DNA from: Priapulus caudatus
Lineage: Eukaryota
Assembly (NCBI RefSeq): GCF_000485595.1
Contig: NW_014577072.1
Span: forward strand, 281,233-345,232
Length of the DNA stretch: 64,000 nt
Direction of reading: 5' to 3'
The position numbers and the translations under genes were made by a program. The notes below the pieces were generated by a model that saw nothing but the letters and a program-made list of their open reading frames with translations, was not told where the DNA came from and made no database searches. Shown piece after piece: positions 11,173 through 25,600 of this stretch. The stretch's first letter is position 1, and every line of letters starts with the position of its first letter.

Positions 11173-12499
11173 ACTGTGTGACTGTGTAGAAACTGCGCGC
11201 GATAGAGAGGCAGAAAGAGGGGGCAGGAAGAGAATAATCATGCGTGCGCGCGCGCGTTGCGGTAAGAGCGTAGCGCACCACTCCATCACGGAGCTGTCAC
11301 CGCTTACACACATTCTACGTCGCGACGGCCGCTGTCCCAGGACTCTGCAGTGACCCGTATCACCTCTACCTTCCTCTCTGTCATGCACGCAGTCGCACCC
11401 CCATACACACGTACACACACCGACGCGCACCCCTCCCCCACGTACAAACGCGAGAGTCGCACTCCCAACACACGCACAAATGTTGCCATCATCAGCTGCT
11501 ACCTGCCCTGCAGACAAGGAAGTCCATTCGGGTAACTTGCACGGGTGAGAAAACAGCGGAGTTTCGGGCGTGGATGCGTGGAAATGAATCATAACCACAT
11601 GCAAAATGTCGTACGACTGTTGTTACCAGACGGGGTTTTAAAAAAACAGATCGAGCTTAGATTAGAAGCGAATACGTTGAACAGGCAGTGAGCTCGAAAG
11701 AATCAATACATTTGAATTACTAATGTGACATCGATTATCTACAATTTCATGGTTCAGAAATCAAATGGAAACGAGTTAGATTACGCTAATAACAATAAAT
11801 GGCAAGCAAATTGTATTTATGATAGACATAAAATATATTGATAAAAATCATACTAGTATTGATATTACTCACTATAATACCAGATTTACAGTATCTAAAC
11901 TCATAAACTCATCCAAGAAATCTAACAACATAAATTTATAATAGCATATATAATAGTATAATAGTATAATAGCATACATACTAATATAATAAATCATATT
12001 AAATGATACATTTTCGATCCCATTAAATTTTTACAAGCGCAATCCACAGCAGCGGATCACCCACCATCCCACCAATCCCACTCACCCAGCTACCACCACA
12101 ATAAACGCCTTGTATTACACAAATATTTATTTACACGGTCACAGATTTACATGCCACTCATCCCCCACCGATACATAAATTAATTGCTTGTGAAATCGCA
12201 TCACTCTATTGCCACTGTAAACAGTAACTGTCAATCAATTATACGGGCATAAATTATCATCAAACCATGGGAGGAGGCTTTGAATGAATGAAAACGTGTT
12301 CAACTCTAAACTGTTACGCCTTCTGCATTTCTATAGCCAACGCCTGCTGGCATACCTTCCTCGACATCCGACCAGGAGCATTTTCTAAGATAACTTTATA
12401 AAACTATAGAAAATCAAATCTTGCTAACGCATTTGTCTCTATCTGAAATGTCTTATATTATTATTATTATTATATTATTATTATTATGAAAGACCAACA

Positions 12500-12800
12500 T
12501 GTTCTGCTTGCATCTATATACAATTTATATCTATATCTATATCTACACAAATACGACATACGCATATGACTGCTTTCTCTTGACACTTATGACAACATAT
12601 TTGGCGAGTCAACTGTCGTTCTCGCTTAGCAGCTGAAATTCATGCTTGCGTTATAATACCGCTCTTCTAAACTCCTATGCATTGCGCAGCAACAGCATAG
12701 GCAACAATATTTGGCATAGGAAGAATCTTACCTATGACAATAGTGTCATAGGAGAGCCATATATGTGTATGTCGTATTGGTCATAGATGCTAGCAGAACA
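12500..12800. mobile_element. Degenerate MITE-like inverted-repeat element (about 300 bp)
   Basis: The left arm tgttctgcttgcatctatatacaat...aatacgacatacgcatatgactgctttctcttgacact approximately reverse-complements the right arm agtgtcataggagagccatatatgtgtatgtcgtattggtcatagatgctagcagaaca. No clear target-site duplication. Confidence 0.6.
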
Positions 12801-12944
12801 GGCTGAAAAGACAGTGGTAACGACAATCACTACCCGCACCGTCAGGCCAAAAAGCGATGCCCAAGTAATATCTTTCACGCGATTGCCAAACCTGAAACGT
12901 TGTCGATAGAGAAATCACGCATCACCTATGAATTCACACAGCAC

Positions 12945-13020
12945 TAGCTCTAGAACTATTGTCCTTCGCTCTGCCACAGGCCTGCATGTAGAAGAGCGAA
13001 GGGCTATAGTTCTAGAGCTA
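12945..13020. other. 76-nt hairpin: 28-bp stem (26/28 matches) with a 20-nt loop
   Basis: tagctctagaactattgtccttcgctct / gccacaggcctgcatgtaga / agagcgaagggctatagttctagagcta. Confidence 0.8.
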
Positions 13021-13632
13021 ACCCAGCACATGACCCTCTCTTAGCCTGGTAACAGTTATCCTACCTTTTTCTTCCTACGCTGCTCCAGGTGTGCAGTCAG
13101 ATACACTGCGCCGACAACCCTACTGTTCGTTCAATGACACGCAAAACCACGGCGTCACGTGCTTCACAACAGCACCGGAGAGTGTTCCCAGGGCGCACAT
13201 CACCTGCATGCTCCGCTTTCCACTACTATTGACTGGCCCGCGACGCTGCGCCGCAGCCCATCTTATTGCACTACGCGCTCGCAGTGACATCACGCGACCC
13301 CCCACCGACGCATTAGCCCATCCCCACTGCACTTATCTCCGCAGCGAGCGAGCTACCCGTAGATGCTCGCACAGATAGCGCCTTTAGAATCGCGTGCCCT
13401 TATTCGTCACACACCTCTTGGCCCGCTGCACCTGTCTGCCTTGGGCCATGTGTGTTAGTCAGGCTCAGAAATCGCCTCACTGACGGAGGTATAGGGAAGA
13501 GCGCGGTTCCTAACCCACCTCCGTAGCCTTCTACGAGACTATGCACACCACTCTGCGACGGCTACACTCACCGCAGCGTCCAAAGAGTGCCACCACAACG
13601 CTAACCGCATTAGCTAGGACGATATTTTTTAC

Positions 13633-14788
13633 AAAGAGAGAGATGGAGGACTGACGACGAGAGACGACACAGCAGAGACAGCGAGGAGAGAAGAGGAGAG
13701 ACAGCGAGAAGAAGACAGCCTAACGACAGGAGGAGATCGGGGAGAATGAGAGATGAGAGACTCGAGAGAGAGAAGAGGATGTGCGGTGAGGAGAGAGAGC
13801 AGAGACCGGAGAGGGAGAGAGGAGAGAGAACTGAGAGAGCGAAAGAAAGAGAAGAAAAGAGAGAGACGAGAGAGGGAGAGAGAGACAGCGAGAGGAGGGA
13901 GAGAAGAGACCGAGAAGAGGAGCGAGGGGGAGAGGATGAGTCGAGACGACGAGAGACGAGAAAGAGGAGAGAGAGAGAGGAGAGGAGAGAGAAGAGAAGA
14001 GACAGACGCAGAACGAGAGACAGAAGAGAGCGGGAGACAGGAGGACCAGCCTGCAGCGGTGAAGTGAGAGGGAAGAGCTGAGGAGAGGAGAGAGAGAGCG
14101 AGAGAGATGATGGAGAGCGAAGACGAGAGAGAGACAGCCGAGCGGGCGAGAAAGGAAGAAGCGGAACGGGAGAGAAGGAGAGAGAGGAAAGAGACGAGAA
14201 GAGAGAATGAGATGAAGATGAAAGACAGCGGAGAGAGGCTGAGAGAGCGAGGGGGAGGAGGGGGAGAGAGGGGAGGGGGGAGGACGAGAGAGAGGGGGAG
14301 GGGAAGAGAGTTGGAGAGAAGAGAGGAGGAGGAGAGAGAGAGACGGAAGATGCGGGAGATACAGAGAGACGAAGAAGAGGAAGAGAGAAGAGGGTCGAGG
14401 AGGAGAGAAGAAGAGGACAGAGAGACAGAGAGAGGGAGATAGGAAGAGGAGAGAGAGAGAGACAGAGAGAGGGCAATGCAGAGAGGTGCAGAGCAGAGAG
14501 AGAGAGCAGAGAGAGAGAAGAACGACGGAGCGAGGAGAGAGAGATGGAGAGGAAGAGACGAGCGGGAGAGGGAGAGAGAGAGAGAGGAAAGAGAGAGAGA
14601 GAGACGAGAGCGAAGCGAGGAGAGGAGAGAGAGAGGGAGGGAAGGGGAGAGCGATAAGAAGGAAGGGAGACAGAGAGAGGAGTGAGGGGACGAGACGAGA
14701 GCCAGAGAGAAGACAGAGAAGACAGAGAGAGGGGAGCAGAGAGAAGAGAGAGATGGGAGACGAGAGGAGAGACGACGAGAGAGAGACG

Positions 14789-14881
<93 letters not shown>

Positions 14882-14896
14882 TCGAGAGAGAGAGAA
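13633..14896. repeat. About 1.26 kb irregular GA-rich tract ending in pure (AG)n
   Basis: Direct read; the clean (AG)n run is at about 14794-14870. Confidence 0.95.
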
Positions 14897-15231
14897 GATT
14901 TACGATGCATGGGGATCGTGGGGGTGCGTCTTGTAGGCGCACACGTGCACGACGGATGCTACTACGCACGGGCTGGTTTATCGTGCGCTCATCTAACGGC
15001 GGACAATGCCGCGCGAAAGAATGATTTTTCGTAAGCCACGACGAGCGCGTCCGTCATCGCTGATCTACGCGACGACAACGCGCGCGACGTGAATGCAAGA
15101 TGAGTGCTGCACCTCTAAAGCGCCACGCCAGCAGCCAGCCGCGCTCGATGAGCTGTCGTAATTATGCGCATTGATTTACGAAACACACCGCCGCCCGCCA
15201 CATCTACACGCGCCCCCTCTCCTTTCATCGC

Positions 15232-15299
15232 CATCATCATCATCATCATCATCATCATTGTCATCATCATCATCATCATCATTATCATCATCATCATCA
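15232..15299. repeat. (CAT)n microsatellite
   Basis: Direct read. Confidence 0.95.
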
Positions 15300-18200
15300 C
15301 TCCGACGTCGTTATCGGGATTTTGGTTACAGGAGAAGAGGCGCGAGATGGATGCTTTGATGTTTGCCAGCGAGTCTTCGGGCAACGCGCGCGCACAGGAG
15401 ACGACAGCTAGCGTCGCACGTTCGCTCGCCATTCACGCCGTGATATGTTTATTCAGCAGATGCTTGCGCCGCAGTAGCATTGTTTGATTTGCTCAGTATG
15501 CGCTGGGGTTAATGGCATATCGAATGCATCTTTCATTGATATTTCAACCAGAACGGTGGACTGTCATTCTCTTTATGCCGAGCGACAAAGGCTCGTCGAC
15601 AGCACAGGATGTTATGAAATGTCAGAGGGAGGTGCTATAGGAAGCGATTACAGCACTTATCATCAGTGGCCATCGCCATTGCTATGCTCGATGAATGCCA
15701 TTATTAACGGCGGGTTTGAGAGATATCGCCTCCGAAATTACATGCGCAAGGAATGCGAAATGACAGGCTAATTTTTCCCTGTTCTCTCCTGCTCTCTTTC
15801 CCACTCCCTATATATATCCCCCTATCTCGTTCGCGTCCTATCTGAGGATACGCACGGACTCTCGCGATATTGTGTCATTTGGTAATAATTATTCGACACT
15901 CGGTGGAAATGACAGAACGCAACATTTAAATTCGCAAACTAATATCTACTTCTTAGAAATTCTACAGCATCCTATAATATTCATATACGTTTCTTTAATT
16001 AAAAACATTTTCCTACGCCGCTGATTATCAAAAATTATGGACAGTCGATACAATTTTGATAATGCCGAAAAATTCCTGCTGCTATAGCTCAGAATACACG
16101 CGCATATATATACATATTAACTGGTCCTATAACTACATTTTAGTACATTTTTTATTGAACTACAATTAACATGATTCTATATTCTACTCTCCATTAAAGT
16201 TTCGTATATTTTGTTGCATTTCCAATAATCTAGCATCTGCAATATTCAGCTGGAAATATGGTAGGTTGGTTTTTAACTTTTATCTCTACCTTAGTATTAG
16301 TATTAGTACGATTATCTCTACGGCCATCATGCTTGCCTTCAGATAGACATTTCGATTTTTTCCCAAACACAGGTACTATTATACTCGGCTTGATTCATCG
16401 TATCAATACTACAGTGTGACGTTGCCACGAAGCACGCTATGCTTGCATAACGTTTGTTCTATACCCATCGCACAGCGTCGCATTCTACGGTTTGCATATC
16501 AAATTTGTTACTAAACTCGGCAAGACAATCCCAAACTTCCCCTATAATTTGCAATCGGTCAATGTTGAGCAACCTGTTATGCGACAATGCCAAATCTCGC
16601 ATGTGCTTCGAATGCGCTCGCAGTGATAGCATGTTTATAGCTGTGATCACAATAGTTGTTATCGAAATTACACGTTGCCGGGCTGGATCAGCTATGAACA
16701 GCACTATACGTACGCGGAGACAACGTGCGGTTATCGCTATAAACCGGTAGCTGTGACCGGGAAGATGATGGTGATTAGGTAGCAGGGGCGGGGGTGCCTG
16801 CCCCGCCACCACGCCTGCTATTCCTCTAACATACGAATACCACATGACAAAATGAGAGAAAATTTGAGAAATATACGAGATGGCAGGGTGACGCTGCAAT
16901 TCACCTCGTCTCCGCCGTGCGGCACTTGCATATCGGAAGCGCATGGCACCGGACATTACTAAGGTGAAGGGGTGACACCTACGACATTACTCGGAACTGG
17001 ATTCTCAAGACAAATAAGGCACGGCGCAAGGTCACGTGGGGCCATTGTCCGGTTGACGTCTCTTAAAACTATTCGACGAATTGGTTTGGAAATTGCAGCC
17101 ACCGTGTTACAAGAGTAACACGTGATTAGCAGCAAGAATATATACACAGGACTCGGAGCCAACAAGAATTCTCACCTGCTATCTACTCGGTTGTCTGACA
17201 CATCCTGAAACCGCCGCGTCGATTGTCTAACGCTATACCCAATATATGGCCACACTAAATACCGTATGTCTGTGTAATAAACATTTAAAAAGAAATCATA
17301 TAAACACGTGCGTTGCGCAAAGAGATGGGTAGACCCATATAGGCTACCACCCCGAACTACTACCCTTATAAATTCGCTCTAACGTGGAAGCGAAGGGTTT
17401 CTGATTGTTTTCGATAGAACCATCACAGACGCGAGTCCACACAAACCCAGTTTATGTACCTGGATGTCGAACGGAGCCATTGACACTGCAGTGCATGCGC
17501 ATGGTCAATACACCGCGATAAGCAGATTAGTCCACGTTGTCAAGTGGAAGTTGAACAACAATATAGAATGCCGACACTGATAAGCGAATGTAGCTGTTAT
17601 CTAGCGAGGAAGCAGTTCGTGACAAAATAACTGATCAGCGCAATCTCTGCGAAAACTGGAAATGCGGAGATAAAGCGCTAAACAGCATAACAGAGGCAGC
17701 GAGATACGATTCAATGTGGGACATTTGTTTGCAATCATGCAGTGCTTCATGTAAATAGAAACCTTAATAGGACAAATGATTACTAGACAGTACCCAGTAC
17801 TGTATGCGTGCAGCTATAGCTGAATGTCGTGTAAAAGAATGCTGATCTCTAGCACTCGGAAATTTCACCCATTATATGCCTACAGACTGATATCGGTACA
17901 TAGCTACTTAGTGAGCAGCTCAATGATGGCTGGTTATAGTCAATTAACACATTAATTATAATCGGGAGTTGATTAGAATTAAAGTATTAGTATATAGTTG
18001 TTAATATAATTAGTTCTTTGTGTCACCGTTGACAGTTGCGGAATCTAATGTATCATCATGTTTCAGTATCATCTGAAAATTAAAGAAAAACAACATTTTC
18101 TCGTTCCATTCCACGTGCACTGCATCATATTCTTTACTACTGACATTGGCATCATCGGAAGTAATTGCTAAAATGTTCTACAGCTCTTTAAACCAAGATA

Positions 18201-19195
18201 TACAACCGCGCCCGTATCATAGGTACAATATAAGGGCACCGCCATCTTATTTTTTTTTCTTGAACCCACAAAATCCAACACAGGTGTTCACATGGAAAAT
18301 CTCCCGCTGAGACAAAAACATGAATCATCCGAGATTCCGCGAGTCGATAGAAAACAATGGTATCTTATTGATGCTGATCTTATTGAGCGAACCGCGTGAC
18401 GCGAATGGCAACCGCGGAACGGGTTTTCACAACAGGTGGCGTGGACTTCGCACTGTCGACTACTCAGGGACGCGCTTGTCATATACGTTGCCGGACACAC
18501 CCACCCCGCCACGCTCACGCTCAGCGTTGCAGCGCCCCCTTTCCCTCCCTCCGCCCCCGAGACGGCCAAGGAATACGCGAATACAATAGTTACAAGCTCT
18601 TTGACGGGTTGCGCGAGTGGGGTGCACGCGTCGCGATCCGAGCAGCGGGAACAACAACGCCATTAAACGGTCAGCCACGCGGACCACCCAGACACCACCA
18701 GCCAGCCGCAGAACGATTGGTCATCTCCGCACACCACGGCGATCACTACAAGATACGATTCACATACTTGACAAAAACGGGTTAAGTGCGCGCACCTTCA
18801 AGGGCACTGATATGCGATGTTGTCAGCGTAAAGAGCTCATAGTAACACCGCCCGGGCCCATAACCTTGAATGAACGCCATTCAGGGTGCCGACAATAAAG
18901 GCAATTGTATTTTTTAATACGCTATAACAATGTCGAAGCAATGCGAAAAAAACCTGCGTACGGAGTAACCATGAGCAAAAACTCTAGAAGCATATACATA
19001 CCAAGAGTGCGTGATTAGTGTGTGTGATGAGAAGACGCCCCCAATAAACTCGGGCTTCGCCAATGCGTACGTATATTGTAAATAGCCGTACGGAGAGCAT
19101 ACAAAAGTTACTGTAAAAGCTCGTGATAGTGTTAAGACGAGGCACAAACAGTCCGACAGAAGGAGGATGAAAAAGAAGAGCGCACGAACACAGGA

Positions 19196-19412
<217 letters not shown>

Positions 19413-21851
19413 GATATCAGTCGGTATCGTTCAGCAGCTGGGAGGGAGCGCTCTGAGGTTCGGCACGTGCGCATCCAATAAGAGATGCGCCTCGCAGAGA
19501 TAATGACACCCTGCTCCAATGAGGAATTCAGCAGCTGCTGCACGCGGAAGCTGGGCAGTACCGCGTGCGTCCGACACAGCGACAAAAAATCGCATCATCG
19601 CCGCGGTGAGACATTCCTGCTTCTGTGTCCAGGTGCGGCAGCTTAGCGGCGTGAAAGCATTATAGTGCCAGACCCTGCAGAGATAGCTTCGGCTATCGGT
19701 GGCAAAGGGAAAACTACTTATGAAAGAGACGTGGCGTTTAACAGGGTGTACTCAGTAACATCGTCTGCAAGGGGCGGAAAGGCGCTGCCGTTGTTGATGC
19801 GTAAAAACCAGTTAAATTGCTTGGCTTTATGGTAGGACGTGTAGTTGAATTATAGCCACTGCCCTGCCATCGCCATCCTCTCATACAGTTATAAACGTGG
19901 CGGTAACATGGAATAACGGGGGAGGTGAAGAACAGGGCAACAGTTTATAATTAAATTTTAAGGAGATACGTATTGTTCTTTATTATTATATTATATTAAA
20001 GTATTACTTTATTTCTAGAAGCAAGCACTATACACTGTCATACAAATGAAAATAAAATCTATGTAAAGAATACATACAATATTCTCTGGTATTTAAATTG
20101 GGTAAAATCTATGGGATAATTTGAATATATAATGTCAACCATCTTGTGAACTTCAAAGTTTATACAGTAACTAGTATTTCGATGTTAAATTTTTTAGAAA
20201 AGAAAGTGTATATTTGACATGTTATACGATCAATACATGTTGGTATTGCAAGCACGAACGTCAAATCAGTTATACATAACAACAAGAATGTCATAGCTAT
20301 ATTATTCCCGGAAAAAAGCTCGGAGTTTTGACCAATTTAATTTTTATAAAAATAAAAGATACCCTTTCAAAATAACAAGACGAAACTGAGACACCTTGAC
20401 ATTATTGAGACATAGCTCAATTAATACAAATTCAGGTTGACACACACCTAGAAATCCTATGTTGTTGTGCTCGGGAGCATCAACTATACCCCTCTAAGAT
20501 GTATCTATTAGGACGCCCGGCTTATTTTCTCACGAGATACAGATCGTTTTGAGTCATACATTTATGCGTGCGGAGTGTGGCAGCAGCAGTATAAGGACGT
20601 ACAACCCGCTGTCTAGCGCTATCAGTGGCAGTATTTCGTCTCGGCAGCCGTAGCCGCGGGCGAACATGGATGCCACTTCCTGTGAGAGACGCTCAACGCC
20701 GCTTGTTGTCAGGGATTTAAACGACTTAAAAGGACCAGCAGAAAAGGAGTCGCCGAATTTTTGTGAATGGGTAATCTGCGTAGGCCGCCGCATGCACGGA
20801 GCCGCGGGGGTTTCCTGTTCAAGGGTACGTGGAGTATATGGATAGCTGCCAGAATGATTTGTGAAAAAACAAACCAATTTAGTTTACTACGTAGAAAGTA
20901 CGCGCACGTAGCGACAGTGATGGCCATGAGAAAACACAGATTAGAATGAAGTCAACATTAATATCGTTCTCCCTTTCTCAATCATGATTGTAGCTTTACC
21001 AATTTCATTGTATTTTTCATTGTAGTATTTTAGGTACCAATTATTAGGTACCAAGCTATTTAGGTACCAATTAAAAAAAGTGCAATATAGTGCGCGGCCA
21101 TTGAAGGAAGTAAATCAGCCACCGCAAGAAGGGGTAGATGGTGCCAGATGTAGTGGAGAATTCACAACATTAACTTCAAAGTAATTTTATCGATGCTTTC
21201 TCGTTAATCATATAGCTATGATAAGTTGTTCAGGCAAAGAAACATCATGAACTTGTACACCCATGTTTGTGTGCGCCCGTAAGCGTCCATTTTCAACAAA
21301 TAAGGTTAGTCACTATCAGCTCCGTAACATTTTACCATCACTCTGCACCAAACGTTTTATGCACCCTATACAGTTTAGAATTTCTTCATGATTTATCCTG
21401 TAATGTGTATAAAGCAGCAATCCATACGTCCGCACAATTACAGCTAATTAAATGCTACAACGGTTTTTCTCAAACACGATAACTACCAGCAGATGTTTCC
21501 TACGAAATACAAGAACAGCAATTTTTGTCGTCTGCCTGCGCGTCTGCCTCTCCCATTCATCTGCTGCCTTCATTCAAGGGCGAACACAATGCGGATCTTC
21601 CCAAAGCAAACATCTCCGCAAATATTGACTAGCCAAACAATTAGTGTCTAGATGACACAATTTTAAATACGCAAATATTTAGACAGCTTTTCGATGGCTC
21701 ACTCTTACATATCGGCGTCTCTAAATGGCACCTATTTGTTGTATGATCGGTCAAAGGATGAAGCAAAAGTTCAAACAAGCCCAACCAACTACACCTCATA
21801 ACACCTGGTTGCTTCTACCTGATTGTGATAACTACTTACGTCGTAGGTTAA

Positions 21852-21897
21852 AATTTACGTTGTACCAATTTACGTTGTACCAATTTACGTTGTACCA
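21852..21897. repeat. 15-bp tandem repeat x3 (AATTTACGTTGTACC)
   Basis: Three perfect copies. Confidence 0.9.
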
Positions 21898-22493
21898 TCT
21901 ATGTAAATTGCGAAATCGTACACATGCTAGATTTACTGATGGATGACAGAGTTAAAGGCAAGCCTCATCAGACAATCCTATAACTCAAGCTTGCGAGTTA
22001 CATGGCACGGCCTTTCTAATGTGTCTAATAATAGAATAATAGAAAAAAAAATAATAGGAAATAAATAAAATAATAGATACGCAAAAATGACTGAATTTCT
22101 TAAATATTCCGCGTATGAATCTGGAGCCCGTTGCAAGAAACACAAGTTTTCGCATTATCTTTTTCTCATAGACTGGAGAACGTCTGGAGCTCTATACACT
22201 GCGTATGAGAAACTCGTAACTTTATCATGTCTACTGTCTTCTGTTTATGATGTCTAACGGCCTATGAGAAATAGATTAAAGTTAAGACCAATGTTAAGAC
22301 AATTTTTTCTGACATCGGGCTCTAGGAGGCCAGAACACCAGAACGTCAGAAACATCGTAAATTGTTTTGACTATCTCAGTCATAAGCACTTCACTTACGA
22401 AGTTATGATATTTTACACTCATGTTATCATAACTAATTATGTTGTGTTTGACAACATAACCCCCCCGCCCCCAAATATCGGCGAGTATCCTAC

Positions 22494-22628
22494 CTGTGAT
22501 TCCACCTGGACAGCCATCACGTTCTGTTCCTCCACAGCTTTAGCGCTTCTCACGAACTTCATCCAGTTGCCCGTTTCCGGCTCGGTGGCGTCGATCCAAT
22601 TGTTTACCTTCCCGTCTGTCTCTATCAG
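22494..22628 (-). CDS. PRDM3/16: PRDM3/16 coding exon 2 (PR domain core)
   Basis: Acceptor ttttgtttgcag, 135 nt encoding LIETDGKVNNWIDATEPETGNWMKFVRSAKAVEEQNVMAVQVESQ, donor CAG|gtagga; phase 0-0. Carries the PR signature IDA...GNWMKFVR.A...EEQN. Confidence 0.95.
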
Positions 22629-25600
22629 CTGCAAACAAAACGTATAGACTGTATGGAAAGAAGTCCTCGTGTCTCAGGCCAGTTGGGATTGTCGACTTAA
22701 CTTTTTTCGAAATTAAACGCAAATTGAATTATTTGACGAATACACCAATCATTTTCAGGTGTACATTCGCAGATGGACGACTGAATACTATCATCTACTA
22801 AAGCGGCCCACTACAGGCAGGCGGCATCATGACACCCTCCGCAACCATCCGCCGCAACCGCGGAGCATCTGCTAAAGGCCTCCGCGGATACCACAATGAG
22901 CGACACTTTCTTGCAATGTTGGTTTTCGCCTGAATGCAAATGTTTTTCCACGCGCCCTCCCTTTGTGGACGTCTCAGTTACCTGATCCCACCTCTACTGT
23001 GGCTAGCAGGTGGAACACACGGCCGTGTTTGCTAGACCCACCATCCCTGACGCCCGCACACTTCGGCGGCAGGGTCGTCGGGCGTTCCGCGCCTGAAGAT
23101 GTTCCGCCAAATCACACTACTGATTTCTCATCAAACAAATTGTCTAGTTTGAATATGCTAAAAAAATAGCGTGCGCGCGTGTCACAGAGGGACCCCCAAG
23201 GCGGTGCGCCGCACGATCCCCTAGTCGTTCCCTCACTCGTTCATGGTCAGACACATTCTCACCCGTTTCGGTGAATGCGAACAGCCCAATAGAGAAGAAT
23301 TGTGTTAGTTTGTCTAGAGGAGAAGCGAAAACGCGAGGCCCAGCAACAAAAGGAGCTGGCGTATTTTACCGGTAATGACAGCAAATAGGCCCGAAATTGC
23401 GGTGTATTCAGTGTCATTGTAGGAAACATCTGTCGTGTGAGGCGCCCGTGCCACACTCAACTCTTTACTCACTAAAATTACATCACATGTTTGACAAGCG
23501 ATTGCACCGGAACGGCATGGAAAATTATATGTGCGCTCATCAGATATGCTACCAAGAATCTCACAGAGCAGAATGCGCTTGTTCAACGCTCCCATCTTCC
23601 GACTAACAGAGTTAAAATACAATACGACTATAAAGGCACTGAATATCATATTACATGCGGAGCGAAATAGCCGAGTAATAGCAATAGCATCTTAAGGTGG
23701 GGGGGCGAACGTGTGGCCAGTGAGGGAGATATGCTGCTTTGTATTCCTATAACGAGCCGTAATGGAGACGGGGAAAATTGCCACCTGCAAGTGCTAATTT
23801 AAATCGGCTCTAACCACGTACCTACCCTCCCCACCTAAACCTCGGGGGTGCTGCGAGATATAAATCTGCGAGAAATGGGGAAAATGCAGCCGAAAAACAG
23901 CACCTGCATCCTAGGTTTGTTTAGCTATTTGCATCCTGTTATTCACCCGATTATAATACACGGGAGCCGCACACACACAGAAGCGATACGCCTCCCAAGC
24001 TCGCACGCCAATAGACGCACTGACAATTGATAATTCACCACAAATAACCCTCTTTACGCAAATGACAAAATCTCGTGACAATCGGCCCGCCAATCTTTGA
24101 ATCTCAATTACTGCATCTCAAGACGCTTCATAACGCAATTACCATAATGTTTACGCGGGCCCTGATAACGCAATTACGGACTTACGAGTCCCCAAGCATC
24201 ACCTGTCTCTCGGCAATTAGGCCACGCTCTACCGGAAACTCTAATCGCACAGACCGTTATAGGACAAATCACGCGCAGATTACCGGCGATATTCGAGCCT
24301 GGCCAGGCGCGTGTCACCTGCAACGATTCGGCGCGAAATTGCCCGATTCTCGGCACGGTAGCGCGGTGATGAACGCGCAGCAGCAGCCGAGCGAGCTGCG
24401 CGTCCTCGTGCGTGCGTGGCAGGGTCACGCCGCCGCTGCACCGCCCCCCCTCGTATAAGGTCATGGAACCCTCCGCCACCGGTGTGGAAGCGACGGAGCG
24501 CGCGCGGGCGCACAGTTTGCACAGCTAATAAAGTTCGCGACCATGACTGTCACACATGGCGGCGATCACTCGCGCTCTCGCGACCCGGCCAGCGATAGCT
24601 CAGCCACCTCCGCCTGCATGCGCGAGGCAACCGAAATGAAGATGGATAAATATATCGCGATCAACTCTCTGTCCGCTCTGTCGATCAAGTAATGCCGTGA
24701 ACCGTATCTGATACGGAAAACGACCGCGTAACATGACAGGAGATCATGCCGAGTGGCCGCGCGAAATTAGGCAATTTTTTTTTACAGCCGGCCGGTGATC
24801 ATTATTCATGTGGCGAAATCACTTCTGCGATGAATACGGCGTACTTCACACCCAAATCACGCGTTTTCGGCACTTCCTCGATGAAACGCCGGAGTGGTTG
24901 CGGGCTTTCATCTCGTAGTTGACCCTAGGTGAAGTGCATGCTTCGTATTGCAGCGAAAAAGTTCGCATTGCGTTGACCTCCAGAGTGTCATCAGGTCTGT
25001 AGATTCTGCCAATTTTTTGCCTTGTTCTTTTTTATATTTTCCCGTCGCAAGAGCCCAGCTAAACACTCCCAACAAGTCCCTACGCCGTATACATACGAGC
25101 ACAATAGCTTTCTACGGCGGATGCGTGCGTGTCTCTCGAGTCTGAAAATGTTATTACCATCGCTTGCATTGTCATGGCCGCCGCATTGTTATAGCTGCGT
25201 CGTACATGTGCGCGGCCCACGATTTCTCAGCGAGCGCGCGCGAAAAAGGCTAACCGATGTGTGTATGTCTATAATACGCCAAAGCAACTCTATGAGAATC
25301 TACATCTGCAGCAATTACGCATGCAAACTTTGCTGCATCTGCAGACGGCCGCAACAAAACGAGCTTTGTAGAGCCGCACGGCGTATTCACGGGCCGACAA
25401 AATGCAGTGACGAGGAATGGCCATCTGGCCTCATCAGAGGCTGCGTCGGGAGGAGAAATCCGATAGGAATTCACGCTCACGTAGCAGACATAAAGGCGTG
25501 GAGCAGGAGCGCTCACTCTTTCTCTCGCACACAGGTGGAGCGCGCTCGCGCTGCCGCCTTCGTCCGCGCGTCTGCTCGCCAAACCCTTTCGACCAGTGGC

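Noticed and set aside
13610..15034. ORFs of 288-446 aa
   Set aside because: Same GA-tract artefact; no domain.
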